Below are positions 62,816 to 64,000 of a stretch of 64,000 nucleotides of DNA, piece by piece. The notes below the pieces were generated by a model that made no database searches, had not been told where the DNA came from, and saw only the letters and a list, made by a program, of their open reading frames with translations. The DNA comes from Gnetum montanum (Eukaryota; Plantae; Gnetophyta). The position numbers and the translations under genes were made by a program. Positions within the stretch are counted from its first letter, which is position 1; every line of letters starts with the position of its first letter. The DNA is taken from contig MNCI01002989.1 in NCBI GenBank assembly GCA_015680685.1, positions 455,484 to 519,483 on the forward strand, read 5' to 3'.

Positions 62816-64000
62816 TTTTTCGTGCAAAATAATTAATATATATTAATTATATTTAACTCTATTCATTAATAAAAATAACTATAATAAATATATTTAAAGA
62901 AAAAAATTTTAAATTTTACACTTTTTTCCTAACCCTTAGGGTGAAGGACAACTAGTCGTTTTGGCTATCTACATGTTCATGGTTGTGCAACCCCATGCAA
63001 TAGCCTTGTGTCATTTTCGTGTCAGCTACTATCACCTGCATGTCTTTTGCTAAGATTTTTTTCTACTATTTTATAGTAGTCATCTCTTCTTTTCTCTCTT
63101 CCCTTCCATCATTCTTGCTACATAGTTTAACCCTATCACTACTATGTCATTACAACCAATCCTTGTTTGTAGCCCATGTAGCTATTTAATGGTAATTGAC
63201 CCCTTAACTCCCTCATATCCTTTGTGATTGTCATTGTTGGTAGGGTTGGTGTGGCTGCAACATGATCATCTCTCTACTATAAGACATCATGGTAGCCATC
63301 TCCAATAGGGCTGGTTTGCTACAAGCATGACCAAAATCGTTGTCCTCCACTATCCTTAGCAATGACATGTCACCAATTTTAGCCAAGAAAAAATAAGAGA
63401 AATCCTCATAACTGTTGTAGTTATGATCCTCTATTATAGCTACGCTTCCTCTGTAGCCACCGTGACTATCAACTTGCACTACCGATAATTCCTGCTGGTA
63501 TGCACTATTTCACTCATCCTCAATGGTCCATGTCATCATCCCATGCAACTTGTGCCATCATTCCTATACTAATAGCCATGTGTTACTATTCTCTATTTCA
63601 TGCTCTTCATGCCATGTCATGCTACGCTCTCATTGCTAGGAAATGCATCCTACTATTTGCACTAATTTTACCTGGTAATGCTTATGCATCTTACCCTCCA
63701 TCATCATCCTCTATATTTTGCACCATTTTTTTCATTGCCATGCATGTTATATTTTCCATAGACTATTATTATCCAAAATCCCTGAAGAAATTTTAATAGC
63801 CCAAGGTGACTATAGATACCATTACCATCGTAAAGTTCTACTTCCCATAAAGCTCTAAGAACGTTGTCATTTATGTAAGGTCCTATCTTCCATGGAGCTC
63901 TGATCGAGCCATCGGCACTTACTACCTTCCATTGAGCTATAACAAATAACACCTACTTGCCTTCTTGGTAGGATTAGCAATAGGAAATATTTTCAGAAAA

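Larger units (their letters stand above)
54445..64000 (+). repeat. Macrosatellite block 4, about 6 units, running off the window
   Basis: 5S-like modules at 54445 (3' half), ~56039, 57618, 59324, 60892, 62549. Confidence 0.93.

Overview
Heavily methylation-decayed (CG/CHG-depleted) land-plant heterochromatin; I find no host gene. About half of the window is an old, poorly homogenised head-to-tail array of a ~1.5-1.85 kb unit (18 copies counted by their 5S-like module; blocks 1-7037, 26096-33350, ~40470-47387, 54445-64000). Each unit has, in fixed order: a CCCTAA..TTAGGG palindrome, a ~0.8 kb decayed and probably once GC-rich body, 1-7 copies of a 45/46-bp repeat with a palindromic core, an AT-rich nested inverted repeat, a 5S rRNA-derived internal promoter (box A-IE-box C, + strand) and a convergent tRNA-like B-box module (- strand). 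The array is interrupted by LTR-retrotransposon debris: two Tat/Ogre-type Ty3/gypsy remnants with an additional RNase H (11780-13162 +, ~33351-40469 -), a 5'-truncated Athila-like element with a large extra ORF (13159-22517 +), a pol-less SIRE-like Ty1/copia derivative (22518-26095 +) whose right end lies inside a tRNA-like module, and a complete non-autonomous Athila-like element (47388-54444 -) inserted in the middle of a 5S-like module. The dual Pol III-promoter macrosatellite is the most unusual object. All alignments and identities were judged by eye.
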